Source: Amoebidium appalachense (Eukaryota; Protista; Ichthyosporea). From it: 64,000 bases of DNA. Every line of letters starts with the position of its first letter. The first letter of the stretch is position 1. The stretch lies in the NCBI GenBank assembly GCA_963693365.1, contig CAVNZM010000006.1, forward strand, positions 9,365,355-9,429,354. The letters are read 5' to 3'. The translations under genes were made by a program, and so were the position numbers. Under the pieces are notes generated by a model. The model did no database searches, was not told the DNA's origin, and saw nothing but the letters and a program-made list of their open reading frames with translations. This document shows positions 45,233 through 59,716 of this stretch, piece by piece.

Positions 45233-45544
45233 AAAAAGAAAGGGCATTTTTTATGTCTTATTATTTAAAAATTTCAAGGTATGATAGCTAAGTCTCTCTC
45301 TCTCTATTCCCCCCTTCCCCCCCCCCCCTCCTTCACCTCCCAGGCCCCGCCCTCCCATTCTCCATCCCATAACTAATAAGTCACACAGTGTTAACGGTTT
45401 GATGGAACAAGGTACCCAGGAAAAACTACACGGGTGACCCGGGGGCTACAATACGGTGATGTCATCAGATGGTACGAATTAATGTTTTTCATCCAATCAT
45501 GACACCACTAGCTTTTCGAATTTCGAAGTATCATGATGGCAGTG

Positions 45545-45591
<47 letters not shown>

Positions 45592-45685
45592 CCTCTCTCC
45601 CCCCCCCTCCCCCCCCCCCCCCCCCTCTCTCTCTCTCTTTCTCTCTGTCCCTCCCTCCCTCCCTCGTTCCCTCTCTCTATCTCTG

Positions 45686-45728
<43 letters not shown>

Positions 45729-45739
45729 CCCCCCCCCCC

Positions 45740-45774
<35 letters not shown>

Positions 45775-45824
45775 TCCCTCGCTCCCTCCCTCCTTCCCTC
45801 CCTCGTTCCCTCTCTCTATCTCTG

Positions 45825-45863
<39 letters not shown>

Positions 45864-46043
45864 TTCTCTCTCTCTGTCTCTCCCTCTCCCTGTGTGTGTG
45901 TGCGTGTGTGTGCCACGTGTGTGTGTGTGAATTTGTGTGTGTTTGTGCGTGTTTGTGTTTACGGTACGTGTGTAAGTAAGCGGGTGTCACACGTGTGACT
46001 GTGTTGGCGCGCGTGCCTGCCAGTGTGTGTGTGCGTGCGTGTA

Positions 46044-46075
<32 letters not shown>

Positions 46076-46153
46076 TGCGTCACGATGTGTATACATATGT
46101 GCGTGTGTGTATATGCGTGCTTGTGTGCACGTGCATGTTCGTGTGTGTGTGTG

Positions 46154-46242
<89 letters not shown>

Positions 46243-46387
46243 TTGTGTATGTGTGTGTGTGCGTGTTTGTGTATGGTTAGGCTATGATCGCTAACAACAT
46301 ATGTATCTGCATGTGTGTGTGTGTGTGTGCGTTTGTGCGCATGCGGGCGTGTTTGTATGCTACTCGGTGTGCTTTTTTTTTTCTTTT

Positions 46388-46447
<60 letters not shown>

Positions 46448-46910
46448 GAGAGGGGGGGGGGGGGGGGGGAGATTCCCACCACACATAGTGATCAAGGTTA
46501 ACAGCGACTGGGGTGGGGGCAGAGGAGGGTGTGTGTGTGTTTTGGGGGGGGGGGGGGGAGGCTGGGAGGAGTGGGCAGAAGATTTTTGCACCGGGGAGTA
46601 TTTGCACTAAACCTTTTTTGAGATAATAAGCCTTTAGCTTGACAATGTTCCGAATCAATGTGAAATCCTGGTGTTTTGCATACCTTTTGGCACAGTCTTG
46701 TGGTACCTTCTCAGTTCTCTATAAGAAATTTGCTCTATTTTGAATATCGCCAAAAAAACCAACCCCAAGAACTCAAATTCATTATCCCGGCATCCGAGTC
46801 TCTCCACCCCCGATATATTTAGTTATTAAACGGGGGTTTTATGGGGACAATCCGTTGACTTTTTGTAGCTGCCCAAACCCTTTAGAAACACACACACACA
46901 CACACACTGT

Positions 46911-46998
<88 letters not shown>

Positions 46999-47091
46999 GG
47001 GGGCTTACGCTGTTTACTCGGACACAGACACTGACACACATGTGTACACATACATACATACACACACACATACACACACACACACATACAC

Positions 47092-47163
<72 letters not shown>

Positions 47164-48158
47164 TGTAATTGAATATTCAATAAGATCTAGAATCTCGCGT
47201 ACTGACGGACGCCATCGTTTCCATTGATGGGCAGGAGCTGCCGGGAGACTAAAACGGGGCGGGGAGGGCGGGGGAGGGTGGTGGTGGTGGTGGGAGGGGG
47301 TGGGGTGGGGTGGGGGGGGGGGGGTAGTGAAGGGACCCTGCCACTTTTTGAGCACTGAATTCACCGAAGCAGATATCACCGTATGCTCTACCGTATGTCA
47401 TGTACGGCAGGGCCCTACATACATTATATACAGTTGCATCCTGCTGATTTCTGCTGGAAGTGGACTGATGCGCCTTTGACCAATAGGAACTTTGATAGTG
47501 ATGCTTTGATGCGATTGGCTGTTCAAGCCCATCGCAACAGAACGCACTGTGTTACGCACAGGCAGTGCACGCACAGGTCTTCTTTTCAAGTCCTGTCGTT
47601 CAGCTCAATAAAACCTGAGAGAAGCTCACGTAGAACACCTACATGCATACATATCTTTTGGTGTACAGAAAGATCGAACTTCATAGAAATTCAACAGATG
47701 TGATCGCGTGACGGTGTAGCCGCGTGTTGTAAGGTGGAACTGTTTGATTGGCTGAGCCACTACCATAAACCATCAAGCATTCTCATTGGTTCCCTTCCGT
47801 AAAATGTCCCGTCACGCATTCCACAAGACGCACCAAGTACAAGACAGAACACAGCAGTCACAGAGCCGTGACCACACTGGCCCTGAGCAGCATTTTAGAT
47901 TTCTGTCACAGTAGTAATCAGGTTCGTCAACATTACTCAGAAGCAACCAAGAAAGCTACTTAGCTGACAGCACATGCTACTGTTTATGGCTAGGCTTTCG
48001 TGTTTCTCTCTTTAGACACCTCTTATCTTGATGCTTGGGTCTCTGCCCAAATCCAACGTGAATGGCTTCTGTAGTTCTAACAAATTATAGGTAACACCTA
48101 GATCGCCACAGGCACGTTTGTAGTACTCCCACAACATCACTTCTTGTAAATAGCAAAA

Positions 48159-49259
48159 ATGTCTACGGGACGTCCAGGTAATCGTCAGCTATCTTTTGTG
48201 AAGTCCTCGTCCCTCCCCCCGCCTTTCAGCCCTGCTCCACTCTCACCCACACAAAGAACCGGGGAATGGGCACAGCACAGACTCAACAAAGTGGTCTGGT
48301 TTGCACGTGTGAGGCTAAGGCCGGGTATGGTCGCCCTGGTGCTGTGTTTGGTGGCTACGTTACTCCTAATTGTGGCCGCACAAGGTAAGAGCTTGAATTT
48401 GCAGTGATGTGAGTTATGGGCGAAAGGCTCATGTGTAACCTTTCTGCGTTTATGCGGGTCCTATGGTGAAGGGTACTGGGGGAGGCATAGGCAATGCACT
48501 CAAGGACGAGTTGGTGGTCATATTGGCATGTGCACATGTACTTGTAACCACTGGACAGTGCATGCACACCCTGGCCTTGAAGCGTGACCGTCTGGTACCG
48601 ACTACAACATCGAAGGCTTGGAAATGCTCTGTCTGAGTTTAGATATTTGAATTTTTTGACTGCTGTGATGTACACTCCCAGCTCATTTCAACCGAACAAT
48701 ATACGTTACAATGTGCACAGATGCACTCGAGGAGAATGCTGAAAACACAAGCAGCAAGACATTACTCTTGCAAAGAAACTAGTTTAGCCCTTGCCATCTG
48801 GCAAGTTACAACAGTCGCACTTGGGCACAAGCGGTAAAGTGATCTCGGTACCACCCGTCCCCATGCATGAAGTACTCATATTGGGATAGATTGAGATACA
48901 CGTGGCACCAGTCTTTAGTCACATTTGCATTTATTGGTGTATGTACCAGGCTTCAACCTCCCCCCCCCCCCCCCTCTCCCCCCTCCCCTCCCCTCCCCCC
49001 GGCCCCCTCCCCGTTTGCACATCTCCACTTGTTGCGGAATGGGCCTTCTGGTCCTGCATATTCTGTGTTGGTCCTGATTGCATATTCGCATAACGTTAGC
49101 AATCATGTAAACCTGTACACTAAACCGTATACCATATCCCCCCCCCCCCCCCCCCCCCCCCGCCACTCATATCCCCCCCCCCCTCCCCCCCCCCCCCCAA
49201 AAAAAAAAACCCCCACACAGAGAAACATGCACACGCGCACGAGCGTGCGTGCACACACA

Positions 49260-49336
<77 letters not shown>

Positions 49337-49428
49337 CACACACTCACACTCACACACACATACACACACACACTCACTCATTCACTCACTCACACACTCA
49401 CACACACTCACACACACACACACACACA

Positions 49429-49467
<39 letters not shown>

Positions 49468-49506
49468 GCTCACACACACACACACACACACCAACACACA
49501 AACACA

Positions 49507-49544
<38 letters not shown>

Positions 49545-50445
49545 CACATACACCACTCCTCACCCCTTCCTCCGTGCCCATCCCTGGGCAGGTAAGCACA
49601 CACAAGCACCTTAATGAACCTGACCATTCACCAGCAACCAATAGAGACACGTCCAGGCCCGAACACACAGACTCTCTCTCTATCACACACTTTGTGAGAC
49701 GGTGTTTTCAAGAAGGTACAAGCACAATACCACACAACAAATGCACATGGTGTGTTCAAACACACAATATCCGTTCAGGATACGAGCCTTACTTCGCTAC
49801 ATTTATTTACAGCCCTCCTTGGGAAACAACTCGTACGGCATGTACTAATAACTTTGCTTTGTAAACAGGGTTAAACATCAGAACAGAGATTGTTTTCCAA
49901 CCGAGCACAGGCCAAGCAAGCAGTGGGCTCCTTAGGCGCATGTACGAGCCAACTCCAGGCAGCAGTGTGGGTGACGTGTACAGTCTGAGAGAGCAGCATG
50001 GCACCGTACCAAGCAACAGCCAGTTTCTGGTCATACGGTAGGTGTTTCAAAGTGGATGCTGTATCTTAAAAAAAAACTAAGTTTATCCTCTTCTATCTCT
50101 GCACCATTTCTTACGTGTTCCCGTCTTTCCCCCCTTCAAACCATAAACCATGCTCACAGACGTGCAAAAAAAAACCCCACATACACGCACACAGGAATAT
50201 ACACAGGAAAGTTGCGAGAGGATGTATACAGGCAGGCACAAACACAGGTTTGCGCACACATACTGGCTTAGAGTTGTGGGAGAGGGAGGAGAAGACAGGA
50301 GGATGGGGATGGGAACGAAGAGATCGAGGCAGAGGAAGCGGCATGGAAGCAATGCCTCTTATCCCCTCTAGCATTGTGAACAAGAATTGTGTTGGTGTTG
50401 GTGGCAGTGGGAGAGGTGGTAATAGTGTGTGTGTGTATGTGTTTG

Positions 50446-50504
<59 letters not shown>

Positions 50505-52553
50505 GGATGGACGGGCCGTGGTGGTGGTAGCTAACGTAACTCTTGGACTGACCACATTTTATTTGCCCTTGCTTCTAAAACATTTGAGGGGATGTTTGTT
50601 ACACCTGAAATCTTCCTCGAAATGCTTTATGTTTCTCCTTTTTATGTGTGTCTCTGGATTATGTTATGGTTTTGTCGTGTTCGTGTGGAATTCATTCCCC
50701 CCCTTATCCCTAAAACCTTTAGGCATGCATCCCCCCCTCCCCCCCCCCCCCCCCCCCCCCGGCCCCAGTCTCCAGCCCCGTGTCACCTTGATCCCACATG
50801 CTCCTTCCGGTGCCCACCCTCTCTAACCTTCACCCCCTCTCTTATCCCCCATAACCTCTCACGGGTTTCCCCCCACTCCAGGCCCATCTCCAACGAGTAT
50901 CCCGGCTACCACCACAAGGGCTATGCAGTGGCATGGCTCAAACACGTGCTGCAAAACGAGGCAAAGGGTCCAGAGGGGTCTGTGCGTGTGTGGTTTCTGG
51001 ACCGGTTGGTGTGGGCCGAGCAGGAGGAAGAGATTATCAACCTATTGCGGGCACACAATGAGATTTATTTTCGCGTCCAGTTCAACCACGAAGAGTTTGC
51101 TTCTCTCGAACTTGATTTTTTCGCACTCCAGCGGTTAGGATTGCCTGCAGGCTATTTGACGTCTATTGATTTCAGAGACCTGGAGGATGGCAGCAGGGTG
51201 GCTGTGCTTAGTGCCGTGTACAGGAACAAGGCAGCCTACATGTTCCGGAAAAACGTAATGCCATCTCCCCCCCCCCTCCCCCCCCCCCTCCCCCCCCCCG
51301 TGGGTGCACGTTGGATGTATGCACTGAGTTAGATCATCCCTGTTTCCTGTGACACACCTCTCTTACATATGAGCACATGCAACACAAGGTGCATGAGCAT
51401 GCCAAAACACACACGCGTATCTACGCAGACGGCACACACACACCTGCCTTGAAACACACATGTGCACACACACACGAAAACTCTCTTCTGAGTCCATTAG
51501 CCGAATTGAATGCACCAGGCACATGGGTAAATACGCAGACAACGACACCATGCTCTCACGACCATGCAGACATCTGCGGACACCTGCACACGAGCCTCTC
51601 TCTATCAGGCACATGCCTTTTCAAGTTCGTAGTTGCATCATACTCCTAGGAGACTGTAGCACTTGAGGGGTCATAAGGAGCACCCCCTCACCCCCTCCTC
51701 ACACACACATACACACACATACATACACACACACACACACACCTATACACACACCTGGATGCACACACACATGCACATAAACACGTGTTGCATGCGCGCA
51801 TACACATGCACACAGACACACACGTGCCTCGAGGTTGTTTCAAAAAAATGAGGGAGAGAGGGAGGGAGAGAGAAAAGGGAAAGAAAGCACCCTTTATACA
51901 TTACCTTAGCCCCCCTCCTCCCTGTATCCAGCTATCTAAGAGTCGCAATCGACAATATGTACCACTACTTCCACACAACCATAATCCTAACACCCTCCCC
52001 ATCACAGACCCTACGGAATCTCCTATTGGAGCTCGGAGTCGGTTGGGGTGCCGAGTGGATTTTACCCTTGGATCCAGGCACTGTGTTGACCAGTAGATTC
52101 TGGAAGGAGGTTCAGGATTCCGTGGTTGGGGCTGCCGGCAGGAAGGAGTATGTGCTACAGCTGCCTGTTGCTAATGTGGCCTTTAAAGAGCTGGGGCCAA
52201 ACATGGAAGGGGCCGTGGCTAACAGAGAGGTATAATGGAGGGACTGTTGTTTTTGTTGGAGTCGGCTTACACGCAAGTGCCAGTGTTGTAGCAATTGCAC
52301 ACACACACGCACACACACACACACACACACAGACACACACGGACACATACGGACAAGTGTACTCACATAGATACGTAAACATACACGTGTGTGTACACGC
52401 AAACGAACACACACTGGCACACATGCACACTCGTACAAACCTGCACCTACATGCACACAATCACATCGACACCAACACAGCAGTTCCTTGCCGGCTCACT
52501 CGGTTCCTTCTCCTCCCCCCCCCTCAACACACACACACACACGCACACACGCA

Positions 52554-52652
<99 letters not shown>

Positions 52653-53261
52653 CGCCCCTCCCCCTCTTCCTCCCCTTCCCCCTTACTCCCCAACACACCC
52701 ACACACAGCCCATGTCGACGAACCCCCCCATGCTCATGTTCCACCGAGATTCAACCACCCGCTATGACCCAGACACAAAGGGTGCCTGTGTGCGCCAGGA
52801 TGCAGAACTGCCCATCCGCCTGGGCCTTTCCGGCCGGTGGGCCAGCATTCCCACACAGGATCAAACTAAAGACACGTCCGCCAATGAAACACAGCCGTTA
52901 AATCCACCGACCAATAGCGCGGTGCCTGTGGGTGCAGTGGTTGCTAGGGTGATGGAATCGTGGCACGCCGAGCAGGGGATGACGGGGGGTGATTTGTGTG
53001 TGCGCAAGATGATGGGCATGCAGGCATTGTTGGAGGGGGCAGACACGGTGGCGCATGTGATGAGGAGGGGGTTGGGCAACCAGACCACCCTGGCATGGAA
53101 TAGTGCCGTGCTGGACAGGGAGAAGGAGGTGAGGGGCTGGCGCTGTCTTGCATGTTCCTCCGCAGCATTGTCTGTCTAATTTCGGTCATCTTTTGTTTTC
53201 TTTCTTCTTTTTTCTTTATCCCACCCAACCCCCTCTCTTCCCCTCAACCCCCTCCCCCCCA

Positions 53262-53292
<31 letters not shown>

Positions 53293-54314
53293 ACCACCAC
53301 CACCATCACCACCACACACACGCGCGCGCGTGTGTGCACACGGGACACCCTTCCTCTATCACCCACCCCCCACCCCCCCCCCTCCCCCTCCCCCCTCCCC
53401 ACCCACATCTACCCCCTGCCACAAAAAGACTGAAAGAAAAAAGTGAGTCGCTGTGACCATCATCTGCCTCACCTCTCGTTGTTGCTAAGTGTGTTTTTAT
53501 GTGGCCTGGTTAGGGATAGTAAATGGGAAGAACTGAGAAGACATGTAAGAGCAAAAGCCTTCATCTCACTTTACACTTCCTTTGCACTGCCTTTTTCATC
53601 CCCTTACATGACACACCCAACATCTGATATTTTAATCTCTATGCTAACTGCATGATATTGGGATGGGGGTGTAGGCATGGCGGCTAGAGAGTGCACCTGG
53701 TGCGCAGAAGACAGCCCTGAGCAGTCTTGTTGGTGATGTGCTGAGGTGTGCTGATAGCGCCATGCAGCAGGCCCCCTTTAGTGTCACACACAAGGTATGA
53801 TTGCAACCCCCTCTCCTCCCCCCCCCTCCACACACACACACACACAACCCCCCCCCCCCCCCCCCCTCTCCTCCCCTTCCCCAAACCCCTCCCCCCTGCC
53901 CCCCCCCACTTCCAGAGCAAAAAGAAGAAGAAAAGAAAACAGCAAAAGGCTGTAATGACTTGGAGAATAGGCTATATTTTTGATGCATGCTCTTTGTGTG
54001 TGCTTTGCACCATCAGCTGTTTGGTGGCGGCAGAAAATACATGCTCTGTATTCTGTGATGCATTCTAACTCTGCTTCTTCACCCCCTAGGGTGAGCTCAT
54101 ATCAATTTTGAACTTTTCCACCTGTGTTCACTACAGATATTTTATGGGAGAGAACAGTGATGTTGAACATCTGCTCTCCTCCCCCCTCCCCCTCCTTTCC
54201 TTACTTCCCTCCTCTCCCCCCCTTCCCTCCTCTCTGTGCCCCCCCTCCCTCCCTCTACGTCCCGGTGCCGGAAGGAGCGGAAGGAAAGAGGAGGGGGATG
54301 TGTTGTGTGTGTTG

Positions 54315-54349
<35 letters not shown>

Positions 54350-55690
54350 GGTCAATCTTTGTTGCTTGACTGCCTATTCACGGAGCCCGTGCTGACAACG
54401 AACTATCACACACCCACCACAGCCCAAGTCCGGGGGTGCATACAAAATCATGCAGGACAACCACAACTACTTCAGCGTCAAGCCCTACTGGTGGCCCGAC
54501 CCGAAATCCCCCACCGGGTACAGCAGGAGGGACGGAGAGAGAAGGCCAGACAGCCACCTATACGCAAAGGGCTCAGAGAATTATGACCGTAGTCGCCTGC
54601 AGTCCTTATATGGCAATACCACGTGTTTGGCCCTGGCCTACCACTTCACCGAGGATAAGAAATATGCGGAGAAGGCGGCGGAATTTGTGCGCACGTGGTT
54701 TCTGAATTCGGACACCAGAATGAACCCGACCATCCGATATGCTCAGTGGGTCTGTTAACCCCTCCCCCCCCTCCCCGCCTCCCTCCCCCCAACTTCCCTG
54801 CCGCACGCACATATAAACACACATGCGCGTAGCAGGCAATAGCTCAGTGCACGCATTCAGATAGCATACACACAACTCAAAATATTAACCCACCCACTGC
54901 ACACGCACGCGGATGCGCTTGTGCACACACACATCAGATACACATACCCCCATACACACAGGATGGATACACACAGAACACACACTAACTCACCCTCACA
55001 CCATCATATGTACAATACCCACTCATGCTCGGTTCACTAATTTATTTCATGACTGGCCTTGGACAACACGCACAAACCCAAGCAACCTCTTTTGCCAATA
55101 ATCCACACCCAACACATGCAACACCCTTCCCCCCCCCCCCCCCCCCCCCCCCCCCCAACACACACACACACACACACGCACACATACACATGCACACACA
55201 TACGTACACACACACTGGCACAACCGCACACACAAAAAAGGACCCTTGTTCCACCCCTTTACATTGCTCCCCAGGCTCCTCTTTCCCCTCCAAAGTACTA
55301 CGAAAACCACCATTCTCACACCGTCATTTTCCCTCCGCAGAAACCCGGTGCCGTTGCATCACACAGTGCCATCATTGAGTTCTTCCCCTTCTTCTACCTT
55401 CTCGACGCCATCCGAATAGTCTATCGCAGTGGTTCTCTCAGTGACAGCGAATATGTGCGGCTACAGAGGTGGTGCCGGGACCTAGCCTTCAACATGCACC
55501 GCACCCACCAGGTCGAGGCCTACTACCACTACAACAATGTCGGCGTGTTTTCGTCCATGTTGGTGCTGTCCCTGGCGGCGTTTGCCGGTGATCAGGACTC
55601 GGTGGTCAATGGGGTAAGTGGGTGCGTGGTGGCGGGTGAAGGGGTGTGGACGGAGAGTGTCTGCCTGTTTTCGTGGGTGTGTGTGTCGGT

Positions 55691-55732
<42 letters not shown>

Positions 55733-56132
55733 GGGGAGGGAGGGGGGGGGGGGGGGGGGGAGGGGGGGGGGGGGGCACACGCGTGTGTGCGTGCGTCCGT
55801 GTGGCGAGTGTGCGTTGATGTTTGTGTACGGGCAGGGGGGGGGGGGGGGGGGGGGGGGGGTATGGTGGTCGTAATGGTGTTGTGGGTTGTGGGATATCAC
55901 ATATATGAGCTTGTGTGTGTTCTAGTTTCTGTGTGTATCCATGTGTGTGCCTGTGTATTCTTATTCAAGTAAATGCATATGTTGGTGCGGTTGTACAAAT
56001 GTGTGTGTGTGCCTATGTGTCGTACGGGTGCATAGATGCATGCAAGGTCGCCCGGGGGGATGAGGGGGACGGGGGGAGGGAGGGGGGAGGGGGGGGATGG
56101 GGGGGGGGGAGGCAAGCTTTTTGTGGTTTGAA

Positions 56133-56171
<39 letters not shown>

Positions 56172-58509
56172 AGGGGGGAAGGGGGAATGCCATATAGTAG
56201 GGGGGTGGGCCTGCCATTGTGTGTGTATTAATTTCTGGCCAGCATGGTGGTGTGTGACGGTGTGCTTGCTATAGAAAGTCAACTATTGTTGTCATCGGCC
56301 TGTTGTCAGCACCGTGCAACTTCAACGGATACTCTTAATTATTCCTGTTACTGCCATTATGCTATTCGTAGGTAGGGTAGAGTTGGCAGATTCAATGCTA
56401 TTGTACTCTGTTTGCTGTTTTTGAATTTGTGCTAATTGCATGTGACTCCACAGCTTCAGCTCGAGCGAGGTCGGATGCTGGGCACGATAGATGCGGACGG
56501 AACACTGCCATATGAGTTTGACCGGGAGGACTCCACCCACTACACCCTCTACACCATGCAGGTGTGTGCCGTGCCTTGTTGTGGAAGGGTGGAGGGGTGG
56601 GGGAGTGAAGAGGGGTAGGGAGGGGGAGGCCCCAGGGCGGGACAGGGGGGAGGGGGGGTGGGGATGATGGTGGTGGTGGTGTGTGTGTGCGTGCATCTGT
56701 GCATCTGTGCATGTGTGCGTGCGTGCGCGAGTGCGTGAGTGTATGCAGAAGCGCGCGGGGGGGGGGGGGGGGGGGGGGGGGGAAGGGGAGGGGGGGGGGT
56801 CGGGGGGGGGGGGGGGGGTAGATTTTTGTGTATCCATATTTGTGTGGTGTGTGGTTAGTGCCAGTGCAAAGCCAGACACCCCATCTCACACACCCATTGC
56901 AGGCGTGGTTCAACCTCGTGTCTCTGGGGCTCAATGCCGGCATCAACATGTGGCCTACCCGTGAGCCCGGCAGGCTGGTGCCTCTGCTGTGCCGGGCAGC
57001 AATGCGCAACATCCGCCGGTTCAATGCCTCGGCCCTGCTGCCCACACAGGATGATGGCCGCCCAGTCGTGGCCATGGAGTTTCTGGCACGTGCACACTGT
57101 GCGGGTATGTTTTGTGCTTTGATTTCATTCGTTCATTCTTTCTTTCTTTAATTTTTAATTTTTTTATTTTTTTTATTTTTTATTTTTTTTTTTTTTTTTG
57201 GGGGGGGGGGGGAGGGGGGGGGGAGGGGGGTACGGTGTGTGATGTGGTTTTGTAGAAGTGTGGGTGCATGTGTGAGTGTGTGGGTGTGGGTGTACACGTT
57301 GTGAATGTTTTATTTATTTATTCTCTAAGGTTTCTTCTTTTGAAGCCAAAAAAGAAGGGGGGAGGGGAGGGGAAGGGGGGGGGGGGGGGGGGGGGGGGGG
57401 GGGGCGGGGGGGAGGGGGGGGGGGGGGGGGCATTAGATATGCAGTCTGAATTTAAAGAAAGCACACGTCAAGCCCCTGATGGTAGTAAATTGACTGGGTT
57501 TCCATTCAGGCCTAGAGGACCTTCACCCAGATCCCCCCGGCAGCATTTACGCAGCCGAACACTTCCTTGAGCAGTCCAAGTACGGAGTGCAGCCGTTCTG
57601 GAATTTGGGAAGAAACCCCCCATCTGTGCCCCCAATAGCGGATGCTGATAGGAGGGACCTGCAGCATCTGTGGAATGCAGAGGCAAAGGTACTGGACCGA
57701 TCCTCCCGCCCCCCTCCTCCCCCCCCCCCCCCCCCCCCCCGGCACCCCCCTTTTTTTTTCGGTCGCAAATGTGTAACACATTCCCCCTCCCCCCCCCCCC
57801 CCCCCCCCCCCCCAATGTGTAACACATTCCCCCTCCCCCCCCCCCCCCCCCCCTCCCCCCACACACACACACACACACCGGGCACGGCACCCTGCAAACC
57901 GACTATCAAAACGACTCGAATCCATAATTTGTAACATAATGGCACGCCCTTTCCCCGACCCTCTTCCCGTCATACCCGGCCTAACTCCTACCCTCTTGTC
58001 CCTGTTCCTGCCGCACTCCCGAGCTCCAGTGTAACAATGCCTGTTCGGCACGCTCCTTCCTAGCATTAAAAAAGAACCTGAAAGAAGTTGCTGAATCCAA
58101 CACAATGCGTTCAAAAACCCTTTATATCAAGGCCAATAGCGGTTGGTGTTTGCGGTAGTAGTAACCCTTTTTGTGCCGCCCGCCCCAGATGTCCGTACCG
58201 CACATAGTGGCCAAGAACCAGTTCAGCCAGGACGACGACAGTCTGGCCCTGACACGGCAGCTGGCCCGTGAGCGGCAGCAAACATGCACACTGGGGGCAT
58301 TCTGCAACTCCCCGGCCATGCAAGGGTTAATGCTGGGCATGGTGTGTGCGGCTGTGTTCCTTGCTGTCGGATACATGTGCGGATTGTCACTGGGAACAAG
58401 AAGGAATCTGCAGAAACCACTGCACAGGATGCTGAGTGTGAGTGAGAGACCTATGCAGAGGATGGGTGGGTTTGATGGCGGGTTGACGTCGTGTAAGTCG
58501 ATGATTTGA
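48159..58509 (+). CDS. Membrane-anchored fusion of a GT-A-like domain and an alginate/glucuronan lyase domain (PF05426, PL38-like)
   Basis: N-terminal TM ([19 protein letters not shown], exon 48159-48383). Further exons at about 49869-50037, 50882-51254, 52008-52229, 52709-53128, 53675-53793, 54423-54745 ([48 protein letters not shown]), 55341-55613, 56453-56561 ([19 protein letters not shown]), 56903-57104, 57511-57687 and 58189-58509 (C-terminal [22 protein letters not shown]). The junctions between 48383 and 49869 are uncertain. Confidence 0.85.
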
Positions 58510-58602
58510 TGGCGTGGTGTTGGTGTGGGTGGTGTTGATGGGAATCGGTGTGGTGTGGTGGGGCCGGGTTTGGTGGTTGTGTTGTACAATTTGAGGTGGT
58601 GT

Positions 58603-58638
<36 letters not shown>

Positions 58639-58754
58639 GGGCTTATGTACATAGGTTATTGAGAATGCACTGGTGTGCACACATGGGCGCTTACACACAC
58701 ACACACACACATACAAACTCACACGCACAGACACACACGTACACACACACACAC

Positions 58755-58785
<31 letters not shown>

Positions 58786-58788
58786 ACG

Positions 58789-58837
<49 letters not shown>

Positions 58838-58840
58838 ACG

Positions 58841-58910
<70 letters not shown>

Positions 58911-59383
58911 CATACACACACACACCGAATCGCATCAAACACCTGCCCGTACTCCCTAGTTGGCAACGACTACAATCAGTCGTTATTAGTCAAAGGATGT
59001 CCATGTTTTGAACTTGAATTTGATGTTGAATGACCGCATTTTCGCCTTATGGCTTTACCTCCTCTGGGCTTCTTATTTCTCACGTAAAGGCCGTTAATTT
59101 GTGAAACTTAATGCAAGTCTGCATTGAAACTTTTTTTTTAGATATCCGAAGTCTGAGGGGGCTTAACACGTGTTTTAGGTTTCTTACCGTTGCTAGACAG
59201 GGTACCCTTCACTTTAAAAATCATAGAATTCTATGTACGTATGAAAATTGTTGAATTAAATTATGCTATAAGTAGAGACCATTGTATAGAAATGCACTTG
59301 TATATTTTTTAGTATTGCCGCTGGCTCGGCTCATTCAGATGTAATAAACGATATTCTACGAAGTTAAATGCCGGCCTTGCTCC

Positions 59384-59423
<40 letters not shown>

Positions 59424-59449
59424 CCCCCCCCCCTCCCTCCCAACACAAA

Positions 59450-59670
59450 GTATGGGTTTGCCAAAACCACGCACGAGAGGTTAAAGAGTCGAAACCCATG
59501 CTTTTGTGGATGCATATGAACCCCCCTGGTGATGGGCTCTGTTCAAGTGTCTTCTGCCTGCACACTTCAATTGTTAAATTTTTTGGGTTTCCCACTTTTG
59601 TGACGCTTTGTTGTTGCTCTTTGTTGTCTCCTCCATATTCCCAACCCTCTAACACATACATCCATCCCCC
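59450..59670 (+). mobile_element. Diverged copy of the structured dispersed repeat
   Basis: gtatgggttt...gtcgaaacccatgc...gtggatg...cccctggtgatgggctctg, ending near a C tract. Confidence 0.6.
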
Positions 59671-59716
59671 CCCTCCCCCCCCCCCCTCCACCCCTCCACC
59701 CCTCTCCCCCTCCCCG

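Noticed and set aside
57768-57835. Short duplication aatgtgtaacacattcccc flanked by poly-C
   Set aside because: Probably slippage or an assembly artefact at homopolymers; no functional signal.
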